DNA of 64,000 nt, from positions 186,001 through 250,000 of the forward strand of contig CM082595.2 in NCBI GenBank assembly GCA_040954595.2, read 5' to 3'. The first letter of the stretch is position 1. Every line of letters begins with the position of its first letter. This DNA is from Balanoglossus misakiensis (lineage: Eukaryota; Animalia; Hemichordata). Below the pieces are notes generated by a model, which saw nothing but the letters and a program-made list of their open reading frames with translations, was not told the origin of the DNA and did not search any database. Shown piece after piece: positions 39,463-52,500 of this stretch. The position numbers and the translations under genes were made by a program.

Positions 39463-41655
39463 ATGGCCCAAGGTGATCCACAGAAATGGTACATGCCAGG
39501 CTGGAGGATCGAGCAGAGGTATAGGCCTGGCGTTTTAATAGGAAACTGGTCAGAAGAGAGACACAAGGTAAGTTTTCACTGGACCGTTCAATCTCAATCA
39601 TCAAGTGTAGGGTTTATGTTGGGACAACACCCGACTTTTTTAAACGATTACAAATTTATCCATTGCGTGCAATCGTTTGATCAAAGTTAAGCTAACAGTA
39701 AGATAAAAAGAGTGGATTCTGCCCTATTACGTATCAGACACTAAAAACACAACGCAATCTCTCGAGTCAAGAGCTTTGGCAAACGTATTGTTGTCACAAG
39801 ATTTATAGTGAACCATTCGAGCGAGTGATATTACCCAAAGAGCAAAGGTCTCCATCTCTACGCTGTTCTTCACTGTCATCCGAAATATAAACCTTAAATA
39901 TTCACGGACGCGGAATTTCTTAACCCGCCCGAAATGGTTATGTTGCTTTTATTTCCACCGGCCTTCAAACTTTTTCACGGCAGGGAGTTTAGTGATTGTT
40001 TATACTTCAATGTGTTTGCAACAGTTTTGCTGTTTGTTTTGTACATGATACGCCGTACTGACTGCGTCTGTCAATCACAGACTCGATCTTGCTTTCACCA
40101 ACTCTGCCAATCAGGGTCGAAACAGATAAACTCGGTGAGACAAACAGTCCAGTTGCCAGCCCCCCCCCCCCCCCCCCGGATGAAATTGACATTTTCCGTG
40201 TACATTTCTTTTGGCTTGGAAACAGAGAAATGTGATCTTTATTGCGTGTTGAATAAGTCAAGGCATTGTGTCCTTTTGTAGGCCATTTCAAATCTCATCA
40301 TTTGTACATAGTCTACAGTTAAACGCAACTTAATCCAAGCATTCCTAAGAATCCCCTCAGGTCGAACCACCTGTGGCATTTTCACCTCTCTCGCCACAAT
40401 GGATTGGACCAGCTTCACTCTTTTTCAATAGGAGGTGGATCTGAACACTGGGAAATAGGGGTGGAAAGGATTAGACTGCATTGAATAAAAGTCTCTGCAC
40501 AGTACTACTGATTATTATCAGCTAGGTTTCTATGTCAGGTGTACTTAAAAAAACTCCTGAATGACAAAGTTTCTGGTATTTAAATTACAGGCATTGAGGT
40601 CCATAGTGACAACCATGATATTTCATCTGTGTGACTCAGGGGGCCTTTTAACTGAATTAACACAACTACAAAAGAAACCCTGTGGGGTACATGACCGCTG
40701 TAACCCTGACTGCTGTGGCCCATCACAAGAGTGTGGTTGAGTGACAAGCAGAAATTAATTTTTTTTTAATTCAGTTTCAGAGAAGTGGTCACAAGAACTC
40801 TTCTACACACAGAGAAGATTTCACAAGATATCCTAATTTCAAACCTGATGTGATGACAAGGAGAGCTGCCATGATGAAGAATGAGGTATAAACATCTACA
40901 CTTTCAAAATGACATACATGGCCTGACATAATTATGTAATATCTCTCATGTAATTATTCTTCTTGTTTAATTATTTCACAGGGATTAGGAAGTGACCATA
41001 TTTTCACTCACCATGGCAACAGATACTCAAACAACATGATTTCGTGGTATGACGAACATTACAACAAGCGTGAACGGGATGACAAGAACAAACTGCCGGA
41101 ACTACGTCACTGGGACTCGCATAAATTATCGTGGGTCCCTGAGAAAACAGACTACCCCATACAGGGTGAGTGTAGAATCTGAAATTCAGTGACAATTGTC
41201 TCAAGTGTACACAGGCTAAACATGTATCCACTGGACATGTCCTACAATTATGAGTCATGCATTTATAGATTCAAAGGGTCTCTCTAAATGAACCAAGCAC
41301 TTCTATAATCTGAACAAAGTGTCTGGTTTAACCCATGATAATTTTTATTTTTAACCCATTTATAGGTGAACCCACAAACTTTGGTTTGAAGGCGGAGCAG
41401 GACTCCAAGTGGGCAAAGCTCGAAGCCATACAGAACCAGGGTGATTACTGCACTACATACGGCACATCCTACGAACCTCACCGCGGCGATGCCTACGTGA
41501 AGAAACACTACGCCGCCCCCAGAACGATTTCTGCCAATCTTCATCCACTAAACAAAATTAACAAGGACTTGGTGTTACGTGGAATCCCATCGAATGTTTA
41601 CAACCCTGAAGCGCTCTACTTACAGAATGTTTTGCCTAAAACTGTTCATATTTGA
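39463..41655 (+). CDS. CFAP107: Cilia- and flagella-associated protein 107 (C1orf158), axonemal microtubule inner protein; about 229 aa
   Basis: Exons 39463-39567, 40775-40885, 40982-41165, 41366-41655; in phase (690 nt). Motifs: PGWRIEQRY...VLIGNWSEER, ISWYDEHYN, LPELRHWD...WVPEKTDYP, PTNFGL, TTYGTSY. Confidence 0.9.
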
Positions 41656-42258
41656 AAAAAAAACATGTACTACCTGTAGACTTTTTCAGATATGCAATCC
41701 AACAAAGATTGAATATGTAAGTCCATAAAAATCAAAGTCCGTATTCATCAAAAGCAGTGTATTTATGGTGGAATGAATTCTTCCATCATGCCATTTAAAT
41801 TTTTTATAATTGCAGTGTTGACACTGCTCTGAAAGTATTTCCTTTTCTTAATTATGTCTTTTTTGTTCAAAATGGACAATTGGTCTGTTGCCAAAAACTG
41901 ATGTACAAAGGTACTGAATACATGGTGACCATTGAATAAATCTATTCCGTCCAGTGTTATTGCAGTTTTACACGTTTTATTCACTTCTGGGACTATATAA
42001 GACAAAGGAGTTGATTCTAACTCTATTTTGATATACCCACTTGAAAGTGTGGATCGTTTACAGACAGAGAAACTATGCATGTTTGGATATACCGGTATAT
42101 GTTGCATGTTCTCATGTATTATTGAGCAATTGAATCATGGTGCTGATTGAAAAATTGACCCCAACACCCCTTAGATTCCTGTATTTTTAGTTCAAATTTT
42201 GATCAAGGCCTGCAGAACATGAACAATTATGTCCACTTGGTCTAGAATTAATTGTGTA

Positions 42259-42271
42259 AATAAAATTTATT
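42259..42271. terminator. Candidate back-to-back polyadenylation signals between convergent CFAP107 and NUDT8
   Basis: AATAAA on + (42259-42264) and AATAAA on - (tttatt, 42266-42271), inside the palindrome taaataaa-a-tttattta. Confidence 0.4.
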
Positions 42272-43133
42272 TAACAAACATGATTGGAATTCTTTGACTG
42301 TTTTCTTATGAATGCCAAAATAAATGCTGATTTGGAAGTGGTCATGCATGTATGTGGCTTGCTCTATTCAAAATGCTTTGAGGACCTCTCTCCTCAACCC
42401 AGGTAAGTATTTGTTCACAACAAAGGTAAATATTCATAATAAATTCAAGATGAGAAGAAATGAATTAAATGACTAACCATGACGGCAATTGCAGGAACTT
42501 GTTGCTATGGCATTTCACAAACCGTTCTCCGCGCCTGACACAGTTGAGTTTTTCAAGAGCACTGTCAATATTTCAAGTGCATGCCATGACCATGGTCGGT
42601 TGTTCAGCAGTCAAGGTCATAGAATTTTAATACGCGGCTTACTTCAAGGAGGTAATGATACATGTTACGGACATTCTGTGGGCAGGACTTATCAATACCA
42701 CACCGATGATGTGGGATTTTGAGTGAAAAACTGGCACATACTTGTACACCTTTCTATGAGACTAACCCCCCCCCCCCCCCCCCCAACCCCCACCCCCGGG
42801 AATTTCGCACCAGAATTCAATAGCGCCCTCAAACAGTTACTCACATTTACATTTGTTTCATAACTTCAGTCACTGCGGTAGAAACCTAGGGTACAAGGCA
42901 GAATGAATTGATTAGCAAACTGAGATTGAAGGGCACAAAGACTTCGCACCATGTTCTGATGAGAAAGCACCATTTGGCATGTTTACTACCATTTACAGTT
43001 GTGTCTGCCAATTCTCAAAAATTAAGCCTGGTAAAATATTCCAATGTACTCTTAAAACATTTGTAAAAGTATTGCAATATAAAATGTTTGTATGTCTTTT
43101 GAACATCCCCCATGTTAGTTCATCTGTGACTCC

Positions 43134-44676
43134 CTAGTTCCTCCTTCCATACATATTCACCACCGACGGTTTGTAGACGCCCGGCAGGAGAACGCGAAGC
43201 AGCTGATCGGTGGCAATGGCCGTCAGTCCCCAGATTCTGTGAGGTCCTCCAACAAACACAGGCATCGCGAACGTCTTCCCCTCGGACTGTGAGCTGATAA
43301 ATTTAGTGTAGCGCTGGTTCTCTGGAGTGCATAGCTGCTTCACGGTCATCATGAAGACTTCTTCCACCTACAACACAACACATGAAATGAAATAACCAAC
43401 ATGCCATATTTAAGGCCAAAATTCATTACCTTTGCAACCTTTGAATTTGATCTGTTTTCTCTTGCTAGAGTCAACACCCCAACATTTTGTACATGGTTGG
43501 GCTCAATTAATTTCAACCTGGCATAAATGGTGTGTATGACAACCAGAAGTGCTGCACATTTGCAGTTCAGATGACCCTCCCCTTTAAAGGAAACCATAGT
43601 CTTACCTCATTGTGATTTGGTTGGAGTTTATCCAGATCTATGTCTCCCATGAAGGCAACAACAGGCGTAATTGCCATGTCGCCAGTCTGCAATAAAAAAT
43701 ATGCATATCGATATTAGTTATGACATGGGAGGTGTAAGTAATCGCAGTCATCTGGGCAAACACTGAGGTCCCATCGACCATATTGCAAGTAACATGGCAA
43801 TACTGAAGAAATATATAATTCACAACATGTTCTAAATAATGATTCCTCATCAATGTCCAATGCTGCTTTCCCTGATAAGCCCTGAGACATTACCTTATCA
43901 GGCATTCGTATCAAAGAGCCCCACACGTCCACTTTGCTGGTGTCATACCCTAGCTCCTCTTCTAATTCTCGCAGAGCAGTGTGGGTAAGATCTTTGTCTC
44001 CCTTATCAGACATTCCACCTGGAAAACTACAATAAACGAATTACAGGCATGGCAATGAACTAGACTAGAATCCAGACTCAAGTGTTTTTCCACTATGTAG
44101 TACACACAGCGAAAAAACATGCTAGTCTGGATTCTCGGTTACAATGAACATGCTCATGAAACTTTGTCCCTTTATAAGGGGAGTGGATACTATGTGATAT
44201 TAACGAGGATGACCCCCCCCCCCCCTAGTATTATGCAACTATGTAACTCACCTGACTTCACCTCGGTGTGTGACCAACTGATTTGACCTCAAGGTGAACA
44301 AAATGGACGGCTGCCCATCGATGATACAGAGTGGAACGCACACAGCTCCTTGCTTGGTGGCCACCTGCTTGCGGGATAATGTCCTGAGTGGTTTGATGTT
44401 TTTCATCTTTTGAATGGTCATAATTTTGTGCTCCTCAGAAAACACCGTTGCCAGGGCCTTCTCTAATGTCGCACTGGATAACGCCTTCGATGATGTAGAA
44501 ACTTGTCTGTGTGTCATTTCTCTTGTATCACCTCCCTCATTTGACATAAGGGTTGACACGCCTAAGTTGGACACATTTCTGTTATTGTGAAACTTCAAGA
44601 TTCTTGACCCTATGCCTGTAAATATTCTTCCCACCTGGCAAAGCCTGGTACTGTTTGTACAACTTGAAACCAACAT
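43134..44676 (-). CDS. NUDT8: Mitochondrial CoA diphosphatase, Nudix hydrolase 8; about 290 aa
   Basis: Exons 44676-44252, 44026-43894, 43686-43606, 43367-43134; in phase (873 nt). CoA-pyrophosphatase motif LFTLRSNQLVTHRGEVSFPGG, Nudix box GMSDKGDKDLTHTALRELEEELG, PNHNEVEEVF, and RIWGLTA. The N-terminal extension looks like a transit peptide, favouring NUDT8 over NUDT7 (no C-terminal PTS1). Confidence 0.88.
44053..44149. mobile_element. 81-bp hAT-like mini non-autonomous element (MITE) in a NUDT8 intron
   Basis: Element 44061-44141 has inverted repeats agaatccagact (44067-44078) and agtctggattct (44124-44135), with ends TAG...TTA. It is flanked by a perfect 8-bp direct repeat caatgaac (44053-44060, 44142-44149). 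Confidence 0.75.
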
Positions 44677-45657
44677 TTGGAAGAGGTCTTAGTTTCACAT
44701 TATAGCCTACAGTCAGAGCTAGCTGTCACCTGAACCAAACAGCCTCTGTGTCCTCGCAGAACCATCCACGGTCAATCTGTAAAGGAGCAGATGTCAATCT
44801 GGAGTCATAATCAACTATACTCTAGTGAAGCACATTTGCTGTAACAGTGAAACTGACATACTCAAATCCTCCACCCACCCACCCACCCAGAAATCAACTG
44901 GTTCTCCCCTTAACTTATGCACTGGCCACAGGACCGCACATTCGCATGCCTACATTATGGAAAAGACAATCTTCATTGCATGGATAATATCAGACTTTAA
45001 AGCGTAAACATAATATGCACGAAACACTGTATAAACAACTTCAAGTTCAACTCATAACTGACCGAGTTCTCAAGCCAACTCAACTGGCCAATCTCGGACT
45101 CCTGGCCAACTCACCACAATATGCATGCGAGTTCAGTGGTGTAAGTCGACTCCAACCATATGCAACATAGATTTAGTGATTTCGCAATTATGTCGTTGCC
45201 CAGGCAAAGGTTATTAGCGTTATAGCGGCTGCAGGCTGCTTAGATCTGTCACGACCGTTCGACCACAGTGCGTTTGACCACAAACGGTAAATCGGCCGCC
45301 ATCTTGGAGAAGGATTGCTAACGCATGTTAGGGACGAACCATGTTAAATCAGTTGGGGGTCTGCAAGATTTCAGGGGGGGGGGGGGGGGGAAGAAAACCA
45401 GAGACTTCGCGCCGATACACACTGAAAGAAATCGGCTCATGTATAATGATTGACGCTTATTTTATTGTTAACTAATGACATAAGTTTAAAGGTTTATCTT
45501 TTCAGGAAATATTTGTTAAAGCCACGGATATAACTTATATTTTCACATTTTTCCAAATGCTGTTTGGAATTAAATGTTGTATTTCAGTGTCATTTCGTTT
45601 GCACTTTTGTGTCGTCGTCTTCACTGTTTGATCCCACCTTTTGAAAAGGTGCAGTTA

Positions 45658-48431
45658 TTATAGAGGTTGTGTCAATTCTAGTTGTCCATTTGGAGTCGTT
45701 TCTCTGATGTCATCGAGATCAGCATTCTCTTTGTCAAGCATCCTCGACGAGGCTAGATGTATAGCCGCCGTAAAAATGAACAATGCACAGGTATATGCTC
45801 CTGGCCATAAAATGAGCATTGCTATTTTCCATGTGTATATCTTTCGAAGCGCTGGCAACATGAGAGTCAAGTTTCCTCCTATCATGTTGATGGCAAAAAC
45901 ATAGACTGCCATTGCTGAGGTCTGTCTGCCCGGGGGTGCCTGTTCCACGACAGCTGTGATGGCAATGCCGCTCCACATTTCATTGATAAAATACCCGGGT
46001 AACAACACAGCAAAACTCAATGGAGGCGGTAAGGATAACACTAGCAGCGCACACGGTATGGACAACGCCTGAAACAGGACAGACTCATATCAGATACTTA
46101 ACATCCTCAGGTTGAATGATCTGAAAAGTGGTGCGTAGACATAGCTAATGTCAGTGAAAAGTGCCAAAAGTCAGCTTTGTACATATATACGTGTAAATTT
46201 TATAGGCTCAATTGTTTGCCAAATGGAAGAGAAAAGGCATCGTATTCTCGTTCTTCTTTGTAGTCATAAAATCATGGAGGGACCAAACCTATGATTTGTA
46301 AAGTGTGCATGCAAAGTCTCAGTTGAATGATTAACTTGAACTTGCCACAGAAAACATTATGACTCGAAGTCTTCCAACATAGCCTTGTTTACTTTTGGTA
46401 GCTATTCTATCAGCTATTACTCCTCCCACCAGTGACCCAAGTAACCCTGCTACGGCGGGAATCCAACTGAGGAAATGCTCAGTAGGGAATCCGGGGTAGT
46501 AGTGATTGATGAAATTGTGGATGTTGTAGTAAAAAGTGTGTCCTCCGCCACAACGAATGGCGCCTCCAATGACAAGCGTTAGAAATAGTGGATTGCAGAA
46601 CGGTGCAGGTGCCAACTTCTTGGCCCGTTGTTGAAGAGTTACCACTTTCAAGTGACTGTAACGGCTGGATTGTACAGTTTCTTGTAACTAAAGAAAAATA
46701 CAATTCGTCATTTCAGTTGTGTTAACACTACATTAAAATCACTTGCAGGACAACATCAACTTGATCGCATTAGGCATAGTTATGATGTTTATATCTATAG
46801 AGGTGGAATGTCACACACGTTTTTTGATGATGAGCATAATTATTTGCCGTTCTCTGGGCATCTATGTTGAGAGTGTCACATCACTGAAGCAAAGAAGTAC
46901 AATCGCTCATGTCAATGTATGGTTTAAATGAGTTTTCTTTGAATTCATCTGTTTGTCTGACGTCTGTCTCTTTCTTTGCCCTTTCCCTCTCACCTGTCTG
47001 TGTGGCTCTGTGACAGTGCAATACGTCAGCATTCCGAGAACTATTCCCGGCATTCCTGTGACAAAATATGCGAATCTCCATCCCCACTGGGCTGCCACCA
47101 TCTTAATGACATACGTCAAACTGTAGCCGATATTCACACCGCACATAAAAAGGCTCATTGCTGAAGCCCGCAAATTCTAAAGACAGGTAAGAATCATGAT
47201 AATAAAAACTGCGATAAAACATGTGAAAATATTATTAGATCTCGCCCCAGAGTCAACACAACCAACTTTTAACGCAAGAACACCAAATATGGAAGAAATA
47301 ACATTTATTAAAATATACTCACTGGTGGAAAATAACTCGACAACAAACTTGCTGCAAATGCTGAAAATGCTGCTTCACTATAAAAATTAAATAAACATAT
47401 AAACGTTATTTAAACTTTTGCAAGTCAGAACTGACATAGTGGTAGAGCAACAAGACTCACTTAAAACAAACAAACAAGTTAACAAACAAACAAGTTAACA
47501 AACAAACGTGCAAGCAAACAAATACTATAAACAGAACGAAGACTTACAAAAATGCCACACCCAGTCTTGTCATTGCAAGTTGTTGAAACGACGTTGCATA
47601 TGAACCAAAGATAAGCATGCAACTCCAGGATATTGCACAAGTAGCGATGACGTTCTTCCGATTGTTCTTGTTTCTTTCCAAGATGACACCGACGGGAATC
47701 CCCGTGAAGCCAAATATTACGTTGAAGAGTGGTCCGGCCAAGAGTTGATACTTTACTCCAGTGCCTGTGTAGTGCCACACACAGGTCGGATTGTCTGTGG
47801 AGAGATCACACCTAGAAAAGAAAAATGAATGGATGGATGGATGGATGGATGGATGGATGAATGGATGGATGGATGGATGGATGGATGGATGGATGGATGG
47901 ATGAATTTTCTTGTGCTTTACGTTTACTCACAATGAAACATTCTTTCGACAAACATCGTCTCTTTTCGGTATATGCCTGTTGGCTGTTCTGCATTCCTTG
48001 TCTCCAAAATGCATTTCATTGGCCATTTGCACGTTGGTAGCGACGATGACGTATCTATAGATGGATTTGAGGGGGATTTGGGTTAGCATACACACAAAGC
48101 ATTCACTTGACTCTGCAACACTGATCACGGGTGCCAACATTTCATCTAAATTATCACTGGAAAATTTAAAGAAAATTTGAGTTGGTTTTTTTAATAAATA
48201 AAACCGATAAAACGTTATTTAAAATACCAATTCCTCCAAGTCGATAAAATGGATTTAATCATTACATACGCACCTACTTATCTGGTTTGAAGTAAGCAGT
48301 AGCATCATAACAAGTGCTACGTATATTGGGTACTTATTTTTGGACACGTGGTGAGCGAAATCTTTCGGGAAATCCCCACGATTCCCATCCATCTCGATAA
48401 GATGACGTAGACCAGAGGACACATCAGACAT
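45658..48431 (-). CDS. Major facilitator superfamily transporter (spinster-like / invertebrate MFS), about 511 aa, 7 coding exons
   Basis: Exons 48431-48274, 48054-47932, 47811-47548, 47377-47323, 47176-46994, 46687-46346, 46068-45658; phases consistent (1536 nt). About 12 hydrophobic segments. Motifs: [24 protein letters not shown] (motif A position), [37 protein letters not shown]. Start codon uncertain (48431 or 48392). Confidence 0.85.
47826..47903. repeat. (GGAT)n microsatellite inside a 120-nt MFS intron
   Basis: Direct reading; about 19 units with GAAT interruptions. Confidence 0.95.
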
Positions 48432-49581
48432 CCAAATCTCCCATCGCCATCTCACATCCCATTAACACGCAATCGTGCCTAATGTATGGAAACTTCGTTA
48501 GTTTGCATGCTATATGTCGTGGTTTTTGGTAATAATGCGAACTAAATGTACTCAACCACCATTCACGACTGATCACAGCTTGCCGCTACTAATCCGAATG
48601 ACATTTGTATAATGAGCACACAACACTGAGAACACCAGCTGACGACAAACAGAAAGGGGTTTGTTTGAATAAAATGCAGTACAGTCGCATAGATAATAGA
48701 AAATCTATCTGAAATAGAATATGTATGGGGCCGGTCTGTGTTGTTAGAATGTTTCTGACGTGGTGATCAGCTTGGTAAGAAAAACTAACAATTAAAGCCC
48801 TATGAGCTGCCAAATTTCACATATTTTTTCCACAATAAAACACTTAAAATCTTCTCCCTTTCCTTTAAAATCCTCACCGTAAAGTCATGTTAATTGTATT
48901 GGCACCAGTTTGACATCTCTTGGCCATGCATACTTGTCATACTGTATCTTTGACCTTTCTTTCTGTGTCACTGGCCGAGCGACTTCCTGCTTGACGACTC
49001 CACAATGCCACAAGTTGAATATCAGCAGATACAAAGAGAAATTCTTGTGTTCTTTAAAATGTGGAAAAAAATCTTTATTACACAAATTTCATTGCAGTGG
49101 TGGCGTTACTCTTTCTTTACGTTTTATTTTCAACAAAATACTGTGATTAAGCATGCAAGAGTTTTAAAAACATTTCAAGTAACAGAAAAATAAAAAAGCT
49201 AAGATAAAGAAATACATATATATATTGACAAATATATACAAAACGACAGCAAAATTTGTAAATTCTCGATTTTTCACAAACTGTATAAAATCTTATTTGT
49301 AGGAGTGATGAATTGTGACGCTAGGGGGGTGATATCCAATGGTTTGCTCTCTGAAAGAATGTTCAAGCACTTTTCTCTTGAAGAAAAAACTGGCACAAAA
49401 TGAAACCTTGAATATATGCAGCGAGAGATATTTCTTTCTTAGTAATGGTGAATGTGGGCGAAGATTTTCATAGTGAGTTAGATTATATAACATAGCGCTT
49501 CATAAACTGAAGAATCACTCTCACCAAAACAAAAGAATTGGAAAGGAAAGACTTTGCCCAGGGAGAAGTGAAAGTATTGAG

Positions 49582-52500
49582 CTAAACATAGAGTTCTTTG
49601 TCGGTTTTTACCTGTTGACCGTTTTCAACATCTTTCTTATTATTAATGGCCGTCATGTTTATTGGTGGGTTTCCTGAGTGTCTGCCCTGACTGGTGTAGT
49701 TGCGGCTTTCATCGACAGCGTAAGAGCCCTCATTGGCACGTTTGCATCTGTGAGAAATGAATACACCCAAAGCCGTCACGATAAGTATGAGCCCAACAGT
49801 ACCAACTATGATGGCCGTCTGCCATTTCTTTAGCACCGAATGAACGCCAGGCGCATCGGTGCTTAATTGTTCGGCGGCTGTTGGCTTCATCTTTTCGTCA
49901 TCAGTTGTTCCGATTTTGTGTGGCGTGGTCTTCCAAATGGTGGGCTTTGCTCTTTTGCTGGTGGGAGGTTTCGTTGCTTCGAGAGTTTGTGAGGTTGCCG
50001 TGATATCAGTTGCAGTGGCTTCATCGCTGACGGACATTTTCGTCGACGCCGCAAATTTTGACGTGACTTTTTCTGTGTTCTCTGTTGTAAGCTTGGAGCG
50101 CGTGACAGAACCGTGTGCTTTCGTTGTCTTGGTTTTGGTTCGCATGCCAGAGGCTGTCGTCTGTTCTACTTCTGGTGTTGAGAAAGAAGTTTTAGATGCC
50201 TCTGTGGTCTCAAAAGATGGCGTTAGTCTGCTTCGGGTAGGCGATGTCGAAATTCTCCTTGTTGATGACGTCATTCTTTGACCAGATGTTACGGCCTGTG
50301 TTTTTGTCTCCACTGTCGTTTGGTCGGCCACAGGTGCATCTGTTTCATTACCCGACCCCGACTCGTCGCCGGAGCCACATTCCTCATCGTCAATGCCTAA
50401 ACACCCTCCCGACCCTGTACCTTCCAGAGTGTCATCATACGTCACCATTGCAATCGTGGTTGATTTGGATGCACTCGTTACCATGGAAACTGCTGGAGCC
50501 GATGTCAGGGCAAACTGATCGGTTGTCGGGTCAATATTCAGAGTTGGGGCGCTGAGAGATGTCGATGTACCCTCAGCTGGAAATAAATCAAAACATGTTA
50601 AATTGCTTGGTATCATCTAAAGAGGCAAAAATCGGGAAATATTGTCGATGCTGATGAAATCCAACAGTCCGATGGAAAACCATGCATCCTTACTTTCATC
50701 ACATTTTGATACAGCATTTGTTTGTTGACAGGGTTTTCGTGAACAGTTTTAACAGTGTCGATGGTGTGCTTATAAAAAGAAAAGTTACGCATGTGCAGTT
50801 CAGACAATACTCTCTCTTTAACAAGCTTACCAGCCCTAGGAGGTCGTCCCAGTTCTCTGCGTACTCTGTTCAGGTCATGCTGGCTCAAGTATGGCGGTTT
50901 CACATCGATGACGTCAACAAACACAAGGTCATTTACAGTGGAGTCCTAAAAAAGTAAAATTGACAGAATAATATAAAACGTTGATACTGATACAGCTCAT
51001 GGTTTCACAAGTTTCACAGTATGTAACCATCAACATTTTTCTATTGTTACTTGTAATTGAAATATCCTTGTTTACCATGATGTTGATACGTCTTTAATCA
51101 GGTGGAACGATTTAGTTGTTGTATTAATCCGCGTCGTGAATGGTTTACACAAAGACTGCCGTGTTTCGCGAGGGCGAGACTAAACAATTTTCAAGTGAAA
51201 TGATAACATCGACTAAATTTGTCCCCAACTTGCCTGATAACAAGAACTCACGACGTCACCGTAAGGGATAAATGATAATGTTTTTATAACTACGTGTTGT
51301 ATTTCGACTTAAAGGTCACTGAACGTCCACTTGTTCTGCTATATGATACGGCTACGGAGTGGTGGTTAGTCTTTGGGAAATGCTGTTCCCACCTGATTGC
51401 AATATAAATAGCTTACATTTACCACTTTAAAATTTTACTGATGGGAAAATTTTGTCATCGCCCTTGGCAGGATGTTGGCCCCTGTGTTAGCACTTCTATG
51501 AAGCGCACGTCCATGGAAACCAAAACACTTATTTTTTTCATGATTCGTATAAAAAATAGTGTCAATCTGCTAGTATATTTATATGAAATATAAGATCATC
51601 CATTTTGCTGATAAATAACATTTAAATGATTTTAATATGGTTTGTTCAATAGTGAGTGTTTTGAGATAAATTTATCTGAGGGCATATCATTTCCTGAGAG
51701 TTAATGGCCTGATGAAATACCGATACGATAATGGAGGAAATGAGTCCAAATCAAAGGAAGTAAAACTTAAATATGGCCTTGTTATTAGTAATTTCACAGA
51801 CTTTGTCTGTGGTAATTTGCCAGTTTTTTCTTTCTTTCCTGTTAATCGCCCATTGGGACGTGGTCAGATGCTACCGCAACTCGACACAGAAACCGACCGC
51901 GGAACGCGATAATGAACCACGTTCGGCTTCCTGAAACAAACGTCACACAGTCGGTCACCCTTTGGGTGTATCTTCCAAGGAAAGAAACCCCGAGAACGAC
52001 CTCCTTTCCCATGGTCGCAGATTGGCCAGAATTCCTTTCCCGGCCCTTTGCCGTCTTCCTTCAAACTCGCTTCCTGTCTCTATCCTTCATGTCACGGCCA
52101 TCCATATTATACAGTATTTGTTTACAGTGATATTTCAAAACCAAGTCATTTCGATGCATCAACGAGAAACGGCAATTAATGAAAGCAAGCTTAGTGACAA
52201 AGCGGGGTTGGACTTCAATTCACTTGTCAAATTATATATACATATGAACTGTTCTGGTGAAAACAGTAAACGAAGTTTCAAGGCCAGAATATGTGAAGAA
52301 AACTGCACGCTGTCCCCTTTACGCACCACTTCGACTGAAATTTTACCGACTTCGCACGCTGCAGGTCGCCTAACAACCACTATGGTCAGTGTGTTCGTGG
52401 GGAGCCTCGGATGATTAAGTGGCTATCTGATATTTGTGTCCGTCCATCCAACAGGAACCGTATATCCTTAAGTTGTATATGGGTTGCAATATAATAGTTA

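Noticed and set aside
40159-45390. Poly-C/G runs at 40159, 42766, 44214 and 45374 as functional G-quadruplexes
   Set aside because: Simple homopolymers of uncertain assembled length, with no evidence of function from the sequence alone.
49582-50576. Syndecan call
   Set aside because: The Ser-Gly sites and EGSY are syndecan-like, but VDESRNY, the Cys-loop and the terminal KELYV fit neurexin; syndecans end in EFYA.
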